Positions 39,371 to 50,148 of a stretch of 64,000 bases of DNA are shown piece by piece (positions within the stretch are counted from its first letter, which is position 1; every line of letters starts with the position of its first letter). The stretch lies in assembly GCA_963664325.2 (NCBI GenBank), contig CAXXDQ010000002.1:32001-96000 (forward strand), given 5' to 3'. Position numbers and translations under genes: made by a program. The stretch comes from Desulfomonilia bacterium (GTDB lineage Bacteria > Desulfobacterota > Desulfomonilia > UBA1062). The notes beneath the pieces are model-generated. The model was given only the letters and a program-made list of their open reading frames with translations, had not been told where the DNA came from and searched no databases.

Positions 39371-40420
39371 TTGAAAAAAATCCTTGTCCATTCGATTTCC
39401 GGTGGAAACAACAGGATGTTCAACCCTGATGTACGCGATGCATATAATGATCCTTACATCTATTTGCGAGAAAGGCTTCTGGATAAAAATTACCAGTTAA
39501 TGACCGCAGATGAAAATTCTCTGGATGACTGTGAATGGATATTTTTTTTTGATATTTCGAGCGTATTTCCTTATTCAGGAATAAAAGGAAATATGAAAAA
39601 ACTGATTAGAAAGGCTACAGGCAAACCCCTTATTCGTGATCTGTTTTCTGAATGCCAGGGGAGTTCATTAAAAGACAGGGCCGTTCTTTTTCTCTGGGAA
39701 GCCCCGGCAGTATACCCGGCCAACTGGAACATGGAATTTCATAAACTGTTCTCTGTAATATTTACCTGGAATGATTCGGTTGTGGATAATAAAAGATATT
39801 TCAAAATATTCTGGCCCCAGACTAGGTTTGTCCCTGATATTCCTCCGGTACCATTCGCAGAAAAGAAACTCCTGGTCAATATTTCAATGAATAAATATTC
39901 GAGCCATGAAAGGGAGCTGTATTCTGAACGAAGAGGATCAATCGAATATTTTGAGAAAAATCATCCGGATAATTTTGATTTGTATGGAATCGGATGGAAC
40001 CATCCGGCCAGATACTCTGAACGTCTGTTTCCATTTATTCGTCACGATTACAAGTCATACAAGGGTACTGTAAAAAACAAATGGGACGTGTTTCAGCATT
40101 ACAGGTTTTCAATCTGTTACGAAAATATCCGTGACGAAACGGGATGGGTCACGGAAAAAATATTCGACAGCATGCGTTGCTGCTGTGTGCCCATTTACTG
40201 GGGCGCTCCCAATATAAGAGACTTTGTTGATGAGGATGCATTTATTGACAGGCGCAATTTCGGATCAAATGAGGAACTGGGAGATTATATCCTCGGCATA
40301 AACGCTCAGAGGTACCAGAAATATCAGGATGCAATCAGGAACTATCTTGCAGGCGAGAAATTCAAAAAATTCCTTCCTGAGAATTTTGCAGATACGATTA
40401 TAAACGTTTTAAAGTTGTGA
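39371..40420 (+). CDS. GT10-like alpha-1,3/4-fucosyltransferase family protein
   Basis: YRFSICYEN...GWVTEKIFD......VPIYWGAPN GT10 motif. Confidence 0.8.
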   Translation: MKKILVHSISGGNNRMFNPDVRDAYNDPYIYLRERLLDKNYQLMTADENSLDDCEWIFFFDISSVFPYSGIKGNMKKLIRKATGKPLIRDLFSECQGSSLKDRAVLFLWEAPAVYPANWNMEFHKLFSVIFTWNDSVVDNKRYFKIFWPQTRFVPDIPPVPFAEKKLLVNISMNKYSSHERELYSERRGSIEYFEKNHPDNFDLYGIGWNHPARYSERLFPFIRHDYKSYKGTVKNKWDVFQHYRFSICYENIRDETGWVTEKIFDSMRCCCVPIYWGAPNIRDFVDEDAFIDRRNFGSNEELGDYILGINAQRYQKYQDAIRNYLAGEKFKKFLPENFADTIINVLKL

Positions 40421-40540
40421 AACACATCTTTTGAAATATGTGAACCAAAGCAAATCCTGTTATCTGCCTTAAAAATATTCCACACATAAAACCCACCATA
40501 GATGTCTCCTCATATAAGTTTTTTCAAAATAGGATAAAAC

Positions 40541-42076
40541 ATGGACCGGATTAGCAGAACCTCTGTCAATATGCTATCCAGCTTGCTGGGTTATGCAATC
40601 CCTATGGTTATTAATCTCGTTTCCACACCTATATTGCTGCATGCAATAGGCGAGAGCGCCTTCGGCCTGCAAAGCCTGGTGGCTGTTATCATTGGATATC
40701 TGACAGTAATGGATATGGGTCTTGACTTGCCGATAACCAAATATCTAGCAGAAGATAATGCAAAGAGTGATTTATTATCCGCAAATAAAATGCTGAACAA
40801 CACCCTTCAGCTCTATATGATAATCGGTGTTGCAGGCATGGCAATAATAATAATTTCATCAGGGCTGCTTGCTGAAAGAGTATTTAAAGTTCAGCCGGAT
40901 ATGGTTCCACAGGCCATCAGTGTCTTCAAGCTTGCAGGCATAGGTTTTCTCGGCAGTGTGGGCATGTCTTGGGGACGCGCTGTATCCATGGGTTTGCAAA
41001 GGTTTGAGATAACCTATGGCGTCGCAATAATGACTAATCTAAGCGGGGTCTGTCTTGGTTTATTAATGGTGTTTCTAGGATATGGAGTGGTTGGTTTTGT
41101 AATGATGCGAGTGCTGTCAACAGTAGCTGCCGGGTTTGCATATTGGCTGTTTGCAAGGTGGCTTCTGCCATTTTATCAGTTTCAGCTCGGTTTTGAATCT
41201 GCCACGTTAAGGCGTGTTAGGGCTTATATAGGTTATGGAGTAATAAACCGTGGCATGAGCGCTTTGGTAAGCCGCCTTGATCAGACATTGATTGGCGTCT
41301 GGCTGGGAGTTGCGGCTGCTGGAATATATTCCATACCTTTCATGATTGTGAATTCAGTTGGATATATGATTGCATATATGCTCGGCTTTACTTTTCCGAT
41401 GGCAAGCGAACTTCACTCTACAGGTCAACACGAAAAGCTCAATGATATTTATGCAAAATCAACAAAATTCATTACTGTGCTTGCATGCATGATTTTCATT
41501 CCTTTATTGATCTTTGGTCAGCCATTCATGAATTTGTGGGTTGGCAGAGGGGTTGAAGAACAGACAAGGGTGGTGCTTGTCCTGCTTACAATTTCATTCT
41601 TTCTAAGTACTTTATTTGTTACACTGCCAAATAATATTGCAGTCGGAACAGGAAGGATAAAACAATTTACGATATACAGCGCATTCAGGGCTGTTGTCTT
41701 GGGAACCGGATGCCTTTTCCTGATAAGACCGTACGGCCTTAAAGGCGCAGGCATGGCGCTTTTATTAACCAACCTGGTGGATTTATCATTCTTGATAGTG
41801 GTTTTGAAATATTATTTAAGAATTTCTCCTTTTAACCTATTCCTTTCAGCTTATTTTTTTCCATTGATTATTGGTGCGTGTCTGGGATTTTTAGCAATGT
41901 TCTTAAGACCGATATCGGGCACCTGGATTGGTTTAATATCTTCTGTCATTGTATTTGAGGTTCTATATATTACTATTGGAATCATAGGTGGATTATTCAA
42001 TCAGACAGAAAAAATTGCTTTGAAAAATTTATTATCTGTTATTTTGAGTCGTTTTCCTGCAAGAAGGTCTTCTTAA
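40541..42076 (+). CDS. wzx: Wzx-type oligosaccharide flippase
   Basis: MOP-family N-terminus (LG.SAFG...DMGL...ITKYLAE), many transmembrane helices, RLDQ.LIG. Confidence 0.85.
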   Translation: MDRISRTSVNMLSSLLGYAIPMVINLVSTPILLHAIGESAFGLQSLVAVIIGYLTVMDMGLDLPITKYLAEDNAKSDLLSANKMLNNTLQLYMIIGVAGMAIIIISSGLLAERVFKVQPDMVPQAISVFKLAGIGFLGSVGMSWGRAVSMGLQRFEITYGVAIMTNLSGVCLGLLMVFLGYGVVGFVMMRVLSTVAAGFAYWLFARWLLPFYQFQLGFESATLRRVRAYIGYGVINRGMSALVSRLDQTLIGVWLGVAAAGIYSIPFMIVNSVGYMIAYMLGFTFPMASELHSTGQHEKLNDIYAKSTKFITVLACMIFIPLLIFGQPFMNLWVGRGVEEQTRVVLVLLTISFFLSTLFVTLPNNIAVGTGRIKQFTIYSAFRAVVLGTGCLFLIRPYGLKGAGMALLLTNLVDLSFLIVVLKYYLRISPFNLFLSAYFFPLIIGACLGFLAMFLRPISGTWIGLISSVIVFEVLYITIGIIGGLFNQTEKIALKNLLSVILSRFPARRSS

Positions 42077-42146
42077 ACAGGTTATTTATCCTGATGAACC
42101 TGAGAAATGAATTTGTAACACTTTAAAGGATGATTAGAAATAACCG

Positions 42147-43700
42147 ATGGATCTCAAACTTTTTAAAAGACAGCAATCAACCGAAAACACCCGTAATACT
42201 TTTGTAAACAGTGCAAAAGTAACTGGCCTTATATTCTGGGTTATCCTGTTTATTTTAGGTATATTTATTTATCCGGGAACGAAAATAGTTTATACGGCTT
42301 TCTCGATTGCTTTCGGTTTAATGATTATAAGTGGATTCTATAAACAAATCAGTTACAGCTATCTTTTCATGGTTGTTTTCTTATGGTTGGGGTTTTGGTT
42401 GAAATTTACTGTCCATCTCATATTTAATTATCCATTCGTTGAAGCAATAGGCAATTTTTATGGGCATGGTTTATCATGGAATATTGTGAAGTATATTAAA
42501 CCAGTATCATATTTGAAAGAGAATTGTCTTGGATTTGACAAAACATTAATTATAGCTTCAATTGCATCAATTGGAGTAACAATCTGCCGAATTTTGTATG
42601 ATTTTTATTATTCGATGGTAACCCCACAGAATCAATTTGATGTGCAAAAAATACCATCGTGTTATCGTACCAACAGAAAAACAATTTGGAGCATTCTATT
42701 TATTCTTATTGCTGCCATAAATGTTATAAATATTGTTTACAGTATTCAACAGGCCGGATTGGTTCCAGGAAAAATCCTGGCATGGCCGCTGAATTCATTA
42801 ATAGCCTGGACTGTAAGCATTGGCTCTGCCATGGGGGTAGTCACATTTCTCTGGTGGGATATATCCTTGAAACGAAATATTTCCTTAACAGTCTACACTG
42901 TATTTATTGAAGCTTTTTTTTCTACGATCTCTTTATTGAGCCGTGCTGTTTACATCTTTCATGTAATCCCGGTGATGTTTTCTCTTTATAAAAATAGAAG
43001 GATCTCATCTGGGATTTCTTTAGGTAAAGCAATCATAATGACTGTTATTTTTATCTGTCTATTTGTTCTTTCCCTCTCTTGTGTGACTGAATTACGAGAA
43101 AAATATTATTCAGAAGCAATGAGTACCTCAATTTATGAAGATAAGAATATCTATGAAATAAACTTTTTTATTAACAGAGGATACCATGTCGGATTCCTTA
43201 TAAAATTAATATCCGATTTGGCAATTGATCGCTGGATAGGGATTGAAGGCCTCATGGCGGTACAATCCTATCCCGAAAGGGGAAAAAATAAAATTATAGA
43301 AGCCCTTCTCGAGAAGCGGAAAATAGGAAAAATAACTTTGTATCAGAAAGTATGCAATTCGCATTATCAATACATGGACAATAATAAAACTCAGTTTGCG
43401 AGTATTCCCGGTGCTGTAGCCTTTTTATTCTATAGCGATTCTCTCTGGGTTGTGATGTTTGGAATGATGATATTAACATCACTTATATTATTTGTGGAAG
43501 ACCTTGTTATGAGACTGACAGGTAATCCGATTCTCTGCTCGCTGATAGGGCTTTGCATGGCAAATACTGTAGCACAATTCGGCCTGACTCCAAGGCAGGA
43601 TATCCCCTACTATTTAATGATTTTAATTGCAATAACGGCTATCTGGCTGATTCAGTCCGGGTTATTTGAAAAAATCCTGAAGATCAGGAATATTAACTAG
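42147..43700 (+). CDS. Multi-pass membrane protein, candidate Wzy polymerase
   Basis: About 10-12 hydrophobic segments, AT-rich coding sequence, located directly after wzx. No diagnostic motif recognised. Confidence 0.5.
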   Translation: MDLKLFKRQQSTENTRNTFVNSAKVTGLIFWVILFILGIFIYPGTKIVYTAFSIAFGLMIISGFYKQISYSYLFMVVFLWLGFWLKFTVHLIFNYPFVEAIGNFYGHGLSWNIVKYIKPVSYLKENCLGFDKTLIIASIASIGVTICRILYDFYYSMVTPQNQFDVQKIPSCYRTNRKTIWSILFILIAAINVINIVYSIQQAGLVPGKILAWPLNSLIAWTVSIGSAMGVVTFLWWDISLKRNISLTVYTVFIEAFFSTISLLSRAVYIFHVIPVMFSLYKNRRISSGISLGKAIIMTVIFICLFVLSLSCVTELREKYYSEAMSTSIYEDKNIYEINFFINRGYHVGFLIKLISDLAIDRWIGIEGLMAVQSYPERGKNKIIEALLEKRKIGKITLYQKVCNSHYQYMDNNKTQFASIPGAVAFLFYSDSLWVVMFGMMILTSLILFVEDLVMRLTGNPILCSLIGLCMANTVAQFGLTPRQDIPYYLMILIAITAIWLIQSGLFEKILKIRNIN

Positions 43701-43711
43701 GAAAGACAATA

Positions 43712-44776
43712 ATGAATAAATCACCATCGAGACTTATTTTAAATGCAATGAATGTTCATGTAGGAGGCGGGAGGTCCTTATTGCTTGCATTGTTGAATTC
43801 GATACCCAAAAGAATAAAGATTTTGGCTATACTGGATTCACGAATGGACTTGCCAGGATATATATCAGACAATATCAGCATAATTCGTACCAAACCAACT
43901 ATTTTTCATCGCCTGATTGCCGAGAGACGGCTGTCACTGAATGTCAGATCCGATGATAAGGTTTTTTGTTTCGGAAATCTGCCTCCGCTGTTTAAACTTG
44001 AAGGATATGTTATTGTTTTTTTACAAAACAGATATCTTATTGATAAAGTGGCGCTAACCGGGTTTCCTATAAAAACATTTTTAAGGCTTAAAATGGAGCG
44101 CTTATGGCTGCATTTTAAATATAAAAATGCTGATGAATTCATAGTGCAGACTCCTTCAATGAAGGAACAGCTTGAAAATTTTATTGAAAAAATTAGCCCT
44201 GTAAAGGTAATGCCGTTTAGTCTAAGCAGCATTGGATATTCCCGGGATATTAATAATAGTACAGCGGAAAGAAAAGCGCCTGTGTATGATTTTGCCTACA
44301 TAGCTTCGGGTGAACCACATAAAAATCATGAGAAATTGCTGGATGCCTGGTGCCTGCTGGCAAAAGATGGATTGTTCCCATCCTTATGTTTGACAGTGGA
44401 CAAGTCAACCTGGCCCGAATTATTTCATATGATCGAATATAGGAAAAAGAAGCACGGACTTAGCCTGAACAATATGGGTTTGTTATCACATGAGGAAGTG
44501 AACCATCTTTATGCAAAAGTTGGGGCATTGATTTATCCTTCCACCTTCGAATCATTCGGAATCCCTATGGTTGAAGCAAGACAGGCAGGACTGCCGGTCT
44601 TGGCTGCAGAGCTTGATTATGTGAGGGATGTACTCGATCCCGAGCAGACGTTTAATCCAAATTCTGCGTTATCCATTGCCAGGGCTGTAAAAAGATTTTT
44701 AGGACAGAATGAACAGCCCTTGCAATTGCTTGATGCAGAGAGCTTTATGAAATATATCACGGAAAAGCTTGATTAA
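43712..44776 (+). CDS. Glycosyltransferase family 4
   Basis: N-terminal GGG, PHKNH, YPSTFESFGIPMVEA. Confidence 0.85.
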   Translation: MNKSPSRLILNAMNVHVGGGRSLLLALLNSIPKRIKILAILDSRMDLPGYISDNISIIRTKPTIFHRLIAERRLSLNVRSDDKVFCFGNLPPLFKLEGYVIVFLQNRYLIDKVALTGFPIKTFLRLKMERLWLHFKYKNADEFIVQTPSMKEQLENFIEKISPVKVMPFSLSSIGYSRDINNSTAERKAPVYDFAYIASGEPHKNHEKLLDAWCLLAKDGLFPSLCLTVDKSTWPELFHMIEYRKKKHGLSLNNMGLLSHEEVNHLYAKVGALIYPSTFESFGIPMVEARQAGLPVLAAELDYVRDVLDPEQTFNPNSALSIARAVKRFLGQNEQPLQLLDAESFMKYITEKLD

Positions 44777-44844
44777 CTCTATGATGACAATATACATCAT
44801 TTGTTGTGAATATTACGAAAAATCAAAATATCAAGAGGACAAAA

Positions 44845-45873
44845 ATGTTTGCTGGTAAAAACCTACTGATAACAGGTGGCACCGGATCTTTTGGCAATGC
44901 CGTGCTTCAGCGTTTTCTGCATACGGATATACGGGAAATCCGCGTTTTCAGCCGTGACGAAAAAAAGCAGGAAGATATGCGGATTGAACTGGGTAATGAC
45001 AAAGTGAAATTTTACATTGGGGACGTCCGTTCATATGAAAGTATTAAATCGGCTTTGGACGGAGTGGATTTTATTTTCCATGCAGCAGCATTGAAACAGG
45101 TTCCCTCCTGTGAATTTTATCCCATGGAAGCTGTGAGGACAAATATCCTCGGAACTGAGAATGTACTGAATGCAGCATTAGCCTCGGGAGTGAAAAAGGT
45201 TATATGTTTAAGTACAGACAAGGCGGTTTACCCTATAAATGCCATGGGGATATCAAAGGCAATGATGGAAAAGCTTATGGTTGCAAAAGCCAGGATTACA
45301 GATGAAAACAAAACAATTTTTTCAGGGACACGCTATGGGAATGTCATGGTCTCACGCGGTTCTGTTATCCCGCTTTTTGTCAAGCAGATCAGAGAAGGAA
45401 AACCCCTTACGGTTACCGATCCGAACATGACCCGTTTCCTGATGTCTCTGGACGACGCCCTAGATCTTGTGCTCTATGCCTTCAGCAATGCGAAGCAGGG
45501 TGACATATTCGTGCAGAAGGCCCCGGCCTCTACTATATTGGATTTGGCACTGGCGGTAAGGGAATTGTTCAAGGCGGATAATGAAATAAGAACTATTGGA
45601 ACAAGGCATGGTGAAAAATTGTATGAGACCCTTTTAACCCGTGAAGAACTGGTTAAAGCTGAAGATCTGGGGGGGTATTACAGGATCATCCCGGACGACC
45701 GTGATCTGAACTACGGCAAATATTTTACAGAAGGCGAAGAGCAGATATCCCATGTAGAAGATTACAATTCACACAATACAAAACGTTTAACAGTACCCGA
45801 AATAAAGGAAAAGCTAAAGAATCTTGATTATATCAGGCAGGAATTGTGCGGAGGTGTAGGTTGCGTTTATTGA
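44845..45873 (+). CDS. fnlA: UDP-GlcNAc 4,6-dehydratase/5-epimerase (FnlA/WbjB/CapE)
   Basis: TGGTGSFG, SRDEKKQ, LKQVPSCEF.P.EA, DDRDLNY, YNSHNT. Confidence 0.92.
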   Translation: MFAGKNLLITGGTGSFGNAVLQRFLHTDIREIRVFSRDEKKQEDMRIELGNDKVKFYIGDVRSYESIKSALDGVDFIFHAAALKQVPSCEFYPMEAVRTNILGTENVLNAALASGVKKVICLSTDKAVYPINAMGISKAMMEKLMVAKARITDENKTIFSGTRYGNVMVSRGSVIPLFVKQIREGKPLTVTDPNMTRFLMSLDDALDLVLYAFSNAKQGDIFVQKAPASTILDLALAVRELFKADNEIRTIGTRHGEKLYETLLTREELVKAEDLGGYYRIIPDDRDLNYGKYFTEGEEQISHVEDYNSHNTKRLTVPEIKEKLKNLDYIRQELCGGVGCVY

Positions 45874-46733
45874 TTCTGGGCGGATCAGGCATGCTTGGCC
45901 ATAAGCTTTTCAGGCATCTGTCACTGCTGTTTCCTGAAACGTATACAACATTACGGCAAGGCCGAAACAATTTTGAAGCAGGAGAGCTGTTTAAAAACAA
46001 CAGGGTTATAGATTTTGTTGATGTAACAGATTTTTCAATGCTTACAGGCATAATGAAGTGTGTGGGACCTGACTTTATCCTTAATTGCATCGGTATAACA
46101 AAGCGGCGCAAGGAAGCGGATGAATCAATTCAAGCCATATTGATAAACTCTTTATTCCCTCATAGACTGTCCGAATGGGCTCGCGGCAACCATGCTAAAG
46201 TGGTCAATTTCAGTACGGACTGCGTATTTGACGGTCATGCCGGGAATTATGATGAAACCAGCCCAACGAATGCTGTAGATATATACGGCAAGACAAAGGC
46301 TTTAGGTGAAGTTAAAAACGGGCATGCTCTTACCCTCAGGTCCTCTTTTATAGGCACTGAACTGGGCTCCGGCACGGAACTCCTGGAATGGTTCCTGTCG
46401 CAGAGGGGAACCGTATACGGTTTCAGGAATGCCATTTACACCGGATTAACAACATTTGAATTATGCAGGGTGATTGAAAACATTCTGATCAAACATGCTG
46501 GTGCAAGCGGGCTCTACAATGTTTCAAGCGAACCGATCAGCAAGTATGATCTCCTGATGTTGATCAAGAAAAAAATGGACCTCGATATCGAAGTCGTCCC
46601 CGATGATGCCGTGAGATGCGACCGCAGCCTGAACTCAACAAGATTCCGCAGGGAATTTAACTACACACCGCCATCCTGGGAGGCAATGGTTGAAGAGTTG
46701 AGCAAAGATATAAGGGATAATGCGACTGCATGA
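45861..46733 (+). CDS. RmlD-like 4-keto reductase (QnlA/WbvR-type)
   Basis: LGGSGMLG, NCIG, STDCVF, YGKTK, DRSL. About 290 aa with no FnlB cupin domain. Confidence 0.75.
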   Translation: MRLLILGGSGMLGHKLFRHLSLLFPETYTTLRQGRNNFEAGELFKNNRVIDFVDVTDFSMLTGIMKCVGPDFILNCIGITKRRKEADESIQAILINSLFPHRLSEWARGNHAKVVNFSTDCVFDGHAGNYDETSPTNAVDIYGKTKALGEVKNGHALTLRSSFIGTELGSGTELLEWFLSQRGTVYGFRNAIYTGLTTFELCRVIENILIKHAGASGLYNVSSEPISKYDLLMLIKKKMDLDIEVVPDDAVRCDRSLNSTRFRREFNYTPPSWEAMVEELSKDIRDNATA

Positions 46734-46758
46734 TAAAAATCATTGAGGAGATTAAAGT

Positions 46759-47892
46759 ATGCCTTTAAAAGTTATGACAATAGTCGGCACGAGGCCGGAG
46801 ATAATAAAACTGAGCAGGGTTATGAGCGAGCTTGAGATGCACGTGAATCATGTGCTTGTGCACACCGGGCAGAATTACGACTATGAACTGAATGAAATAT
46901 TTTTCAAAGAGATGGAGATCAGAAAACCGGATTTTTTTCTGAATTCAGTCGGAGAGACCCTTGCACAGACCATCGGCAACATAATAGCCAAATCGGATGA
47001 GGTGATGGAAAAAGAGAATCCGGATGCCGTTTTACTTTATGGGGATACCAACAGCTGTTTATCAGTAATACCTGCGAAAAGACGCAAAATACCAGTTTTC
47101 CATATGGAGGCAGGTAACCGATCATTTGATCAGAGGGTCCCGGAGGAGCTCAACCGCAAAGTAGTCGACCATTTAAGTGATATCAACATGACGCTGACAG
47201 AACATGCCCGCAGATATCTTATCAGTGAAGGATTAAGACCGGAAACAGTTATTAAAACAGGTTCTCCGATGAAAGAGGTTTTAGAATACTATATGCCTGT
47301 AATTTCCAAATCCGGTGTTTTGAAAAGGCTTGAACTCAAAGAGGGAGTTTACCTTGTTTTAAGCACTCACAGGGAAGAGAATGTGGACAGTGAGGAGAAT
47401 TTCCGCAATATTCTTGATTCCATAAACGCACTTGCAAAGAAATATGACATGCCTGTGATAGTTTCCACCCACCCGCGCACAAGAAAAAGGCTTGAACAGC
47501 TTGATGTGTCTCATCTTGATAAAAGGATAAGCTTCATGAAGCCGCTGGGATTTTTCGATTATGTCAAGCTGCAGCAAAATGCATTTTGTGTGATCTCAGA
47601 CAGCGGTACAATAACGGAAGAATCTGCAATTCTTGATTTCCCTGCAGTAACAATCAGGCAGGCGCATGAAAGACCGGAAGGTATGGATGAAGGGACTCTC
47701 ATCATGTGCGGCCTCAAAACACAGAGGGTTATGGAATCTGTGGATATTGTCACTAAGCAGTATTCAAGGGAAAAGCGTCAGTTCAGGCTCGTTCAGGACT
47801 ACAACACAGATAATGTCTCGAAGAAAGTCCTTCGGATTATTGTAAGCTATACGGATTATATTAAACGGACTGTGTGGAGAGAATCAGTTTGA
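46759..47892 (+). CDS. UDP-sugar 2-epimerase (QnlB/FnlC-type)
   Basis: VGTRPEIIK, HTGQNYDYELN, GDTNS, HMEAGNR, SDSGTITEE, HERPEG. Confidence 0.9.
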   Translation: MPLKVMTIVGTRPEIIKLSRVMSELEMHVNHVLVHTGQNYDYELNEIFFKEMEIRKPDFFLNSVGETLAQTIGNIIAKSDEVMEKENPDAVLLYGDTNSCLSVIPAKRRKIPVFHMEAGNRSFDQRVPEELNRKVVDHLSDINMTLTEHARRYLISEGLRPETVIKTGSPMKEVLEYYMPVISKSGVLKRLELKEGVYLVLSTHREENVDSEENFRNILDSINALAKKYDMPVIVSTHPRTRKRLEQLDVSHLDKRISFMKPLGFFDYVKLQQNAFCVISDSGTITEESAILDFPAVTIRQAHERPEGMDEGTLIMCGLKTQRVMESVDIVTKQYSREKRQFRLVQDYNTDNVSKKVLRIIVSYTDYIKRTVWRESV

Positions 47893-47946
47893 GACCTGCT
47901 TGATGTTACTGAATATATAACCAAGGCCGGATAGTCAGGGCAATAG

Positions 47947-49140
47947 ATGAAAGTCCTTATAGTTGTTGTCTATTATCTTCCAAGCACAGTGTCCTGCGCC
48001 AAGCTTATACATGACCTTGCAGGAGAAATGATAAACAATGGTCATGAAGTCTCAGTGGTCACAACAGATGAATCAATTACCGGCAGTGTAAATATCTCCA
48101 ATGAAAACAGGATGAAGATTGTAAGGGTTCAGGCTGGAAGGATAAAGTCAGCTTCAAGGCCGATCCGATTGCTGAATGAATGCATGCTCTCATTTACAAT
48201 ATGGCGTAAGGCAAGGAATTATTTTTTAAGAAACAGGTATGATCTGGTTATATACTACTCGCCTACAATATTTTTCGGGCCTCTTGTTAAAAAGCTCAAG
48301 CAGCTTTATTCATGCCCGTCTTATCTGATTTTAAGGGATATCTTCCCGCAGTGGGCATTGGATTCCGGTGTTTTAAGAAAGGGCCTTCTGTACAGCTTTT
48401 TTAAATGGATCGAAAGAATCAATTATGATGCAGCCGATCATATAGGATTGGAGTCGCCGGGAAACCTGAATTATTTTTTAAAGAATTTTCCGGACAAGAA
48501 GAACCAGCTTGAGCTGCTGTATAACTGGACCTCGCTTGCCGAAGAAAAACTCCCTGCTACAGACTTCCGCATACGGCTTGGTCTTGAAGGGAAAGTGGTG
48601 TTTTTTTACGGAGGCAATATAGGGGTGGCCCAGGATATGGACAATATAATCAGGCTGGCCATCGGGATGAAGAATGAACCGGACGCATACTTCCTGCTGG
48701 TCGGAGATGGCAGTGAAGTGAGCCGCCTTGTATCGATAATAAAAAAGGAAGGATTATCCAATATCTCCATTCACCCGTCGGTAAACCAGCAGATATATCT
48801 TTCCATGCTGGATGAATTCGATGTAGGGCTTATTACGCTGGACCGCAACCTCAAGACATTTAACTTTCCGGGGAAAATGCTTGGTTACATGTTTCACCTG
48901 ATGCCGATACTGGCCAGCATCAATGAAGGCAATGATTTGAAGGCGGTTCTGGACGAGCATGAGGCCGGGCTTGTATCAGTTAATGGAAATGATGAGGATT
49001 TATATAATAATGCAATGAAGCTCCTCAGGGACAAATTCCTGCGGGAAAGGACCGGCAGGAACGGGCGCAGGCTTTTGGAAGAGATGTTTTCCGTCGGTCA
49101 TGCGGCTGGACAGATCATGTCCCATTTTATTGGGAAATGA
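47947..49140 (+). CDS. GT4 glycosyltransferase (WbuB-like)
   Basis: RDIFPQW, YGGNIGVAQ, FPGK..GYM. Confidence 0.85.
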   Translation: MKVLIVVVYYLPSTVSCAKLIHDLAGEMINNGHEVSVVTTDESITGSVNISNENRMKIVRVQAGRIKSASRPIRLLNECMLSFTIWRKARNYFLRNRYDLVIYYSPTIFFGPLVKKLKQLYSCPSYLILRDIFPQWALDSGVLRKGLLYSFFKWIERINYDAADHIGLESPGNLNYFLKNFPDKKNQLELLYNWTSLAEEKLPATDFRIRLGLEGKVVFFYGGNIGVAQDMDNIIRLAIGMKNEPDAYFLLVGDGSEVSRLVSIIKKEGLSNISIHPSVNQQIYLSMLDEFDVGLITLDRNLKTFNFPGKMLGYMFHLMPILASINEGNDLKAVLDEHEAGLVSVNGNDEDLYNNAMKLLRDKFLRERTGRNGRRLLEEMFSVGHAAGQIMSHFIGK

Positions 49141-50144
49141 TTAATAACCATCTTAAAATTCTTGTCACCGGAGCAACCGGTGCTGTCGGTCCGGTCGTAG
49201 TGAATGAATTGCTGAATGCAGGGCACAGGATACGCACATTGTCGCTGGATTATGCTCCTGATGGAACATGGCCTGAAGGAGTTGAACAGATTGCGGGAGA
49301 CATAACAGATCAATCAACAGTTCTTGCTGCAATGAAAGATATGGATGCAGTGGTTCATCTTGCAGCCCTGCTTCACATTGTCAATCCCCCGGAAGCCCTT
49401 AAAGAGCTCTATGAGAAAGTTAATATAGGCGGTACGATTAATGTAGCAAAGGCGGGAATTGCCTGCGAAACTAAACGCATTGTCCTTTTCAGTACAATAG
49501 CAGTTTACGGAAGTTCGAACGGGACTTTGTTGACTGAGAATTCTCCTGTGAATCCCGATACATTTTATGCCCGGACCAAACTGGCTGCCGAAAGGATCAT
49601 ATTTGAGGCAAAGAATAAAGATGGAGGCCACATTGGAACGGTTTTAAGGCTGGGAGCTGTTTATGGTCCGAGAATAAAAGGCAATTATCACAGACTGGTC
49701 AAGGCATTAGCTAAAAATATTTTTCTGAATGTTGGAAATGGCGAAAATAGAAGGACAGTTGTTTATGATAAAGATGCCGCCAGAGCTGCCGCTATTGTTT
49801 TGGAACATCCCAGAGCTGCTGGAAAAGTGTATAATATTTCAGACGGCATTCCTCATAATATGAACGAGATAATCTCTGCCATCTGCCTTGCAATGGGAAA
49901 ATCGAGACCGGGATTTGCATTACCTGTGAACCCGGTACGGTTTCTGGCGGGTTTAATGGAGGACATATCAGGAAAGCTCGGCTTTAATTCGCCTATAAAC
50001 AGGGCCACTGTTGATAAATATGTTGAAGACATTGCTGTTGACAGTACCCTAATACAATCTGAGCTGGGGTTCAGGCCAGAATATGGGTTGTTTGAAGGAT
50101 GGAAGGAAACGGTAGAGGCAATGAAAACAAACGGAGAATTGTAG
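49137..50144 (+). CDS. NAD-dependent 4-reductase/epimerase (WbpV-like)
   Basis: VTGATGAVG, HLAA, YARTK, VYGP..KGN. Confidence 0.8.
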   Translation: MINNHLKILVTGATGAVGPVVVNELLNAGHRIRTLSLDYAPDGTWPEGVEQIAGDITDQSTVLAAMKDMDAVVHLAALLHIVNPPEALKELYEKVNIGGTINVAKAGIACETKRIVLFSTIAVYGSSNGTLLTENSPVNPDTFYARTKLAAERIIFEAKNKDGGHIGTVLRLGAVYGPRIKGNYHRLVKALAKNIFLNVGNGENRRTVVYDKDAARAAAIVLEHPRAAGKVYNISDGIPHNMNEIISAICLAMGKSRPGFALPVNPVRFLAGLMEDISGKLGFNSPINRATVDKYVEDIAVDSTLIQSELGFRPEYGLFEGWKETVEAMKTNGEL

Positions 50145-50148
50145 TTTT

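Noticed and set aside
42124-42150. TAAA-N15-ACCGATGG sigma28-like match
   Set aside because: The -10 box contains the gene's own ATG and the match is weak; likely chance.
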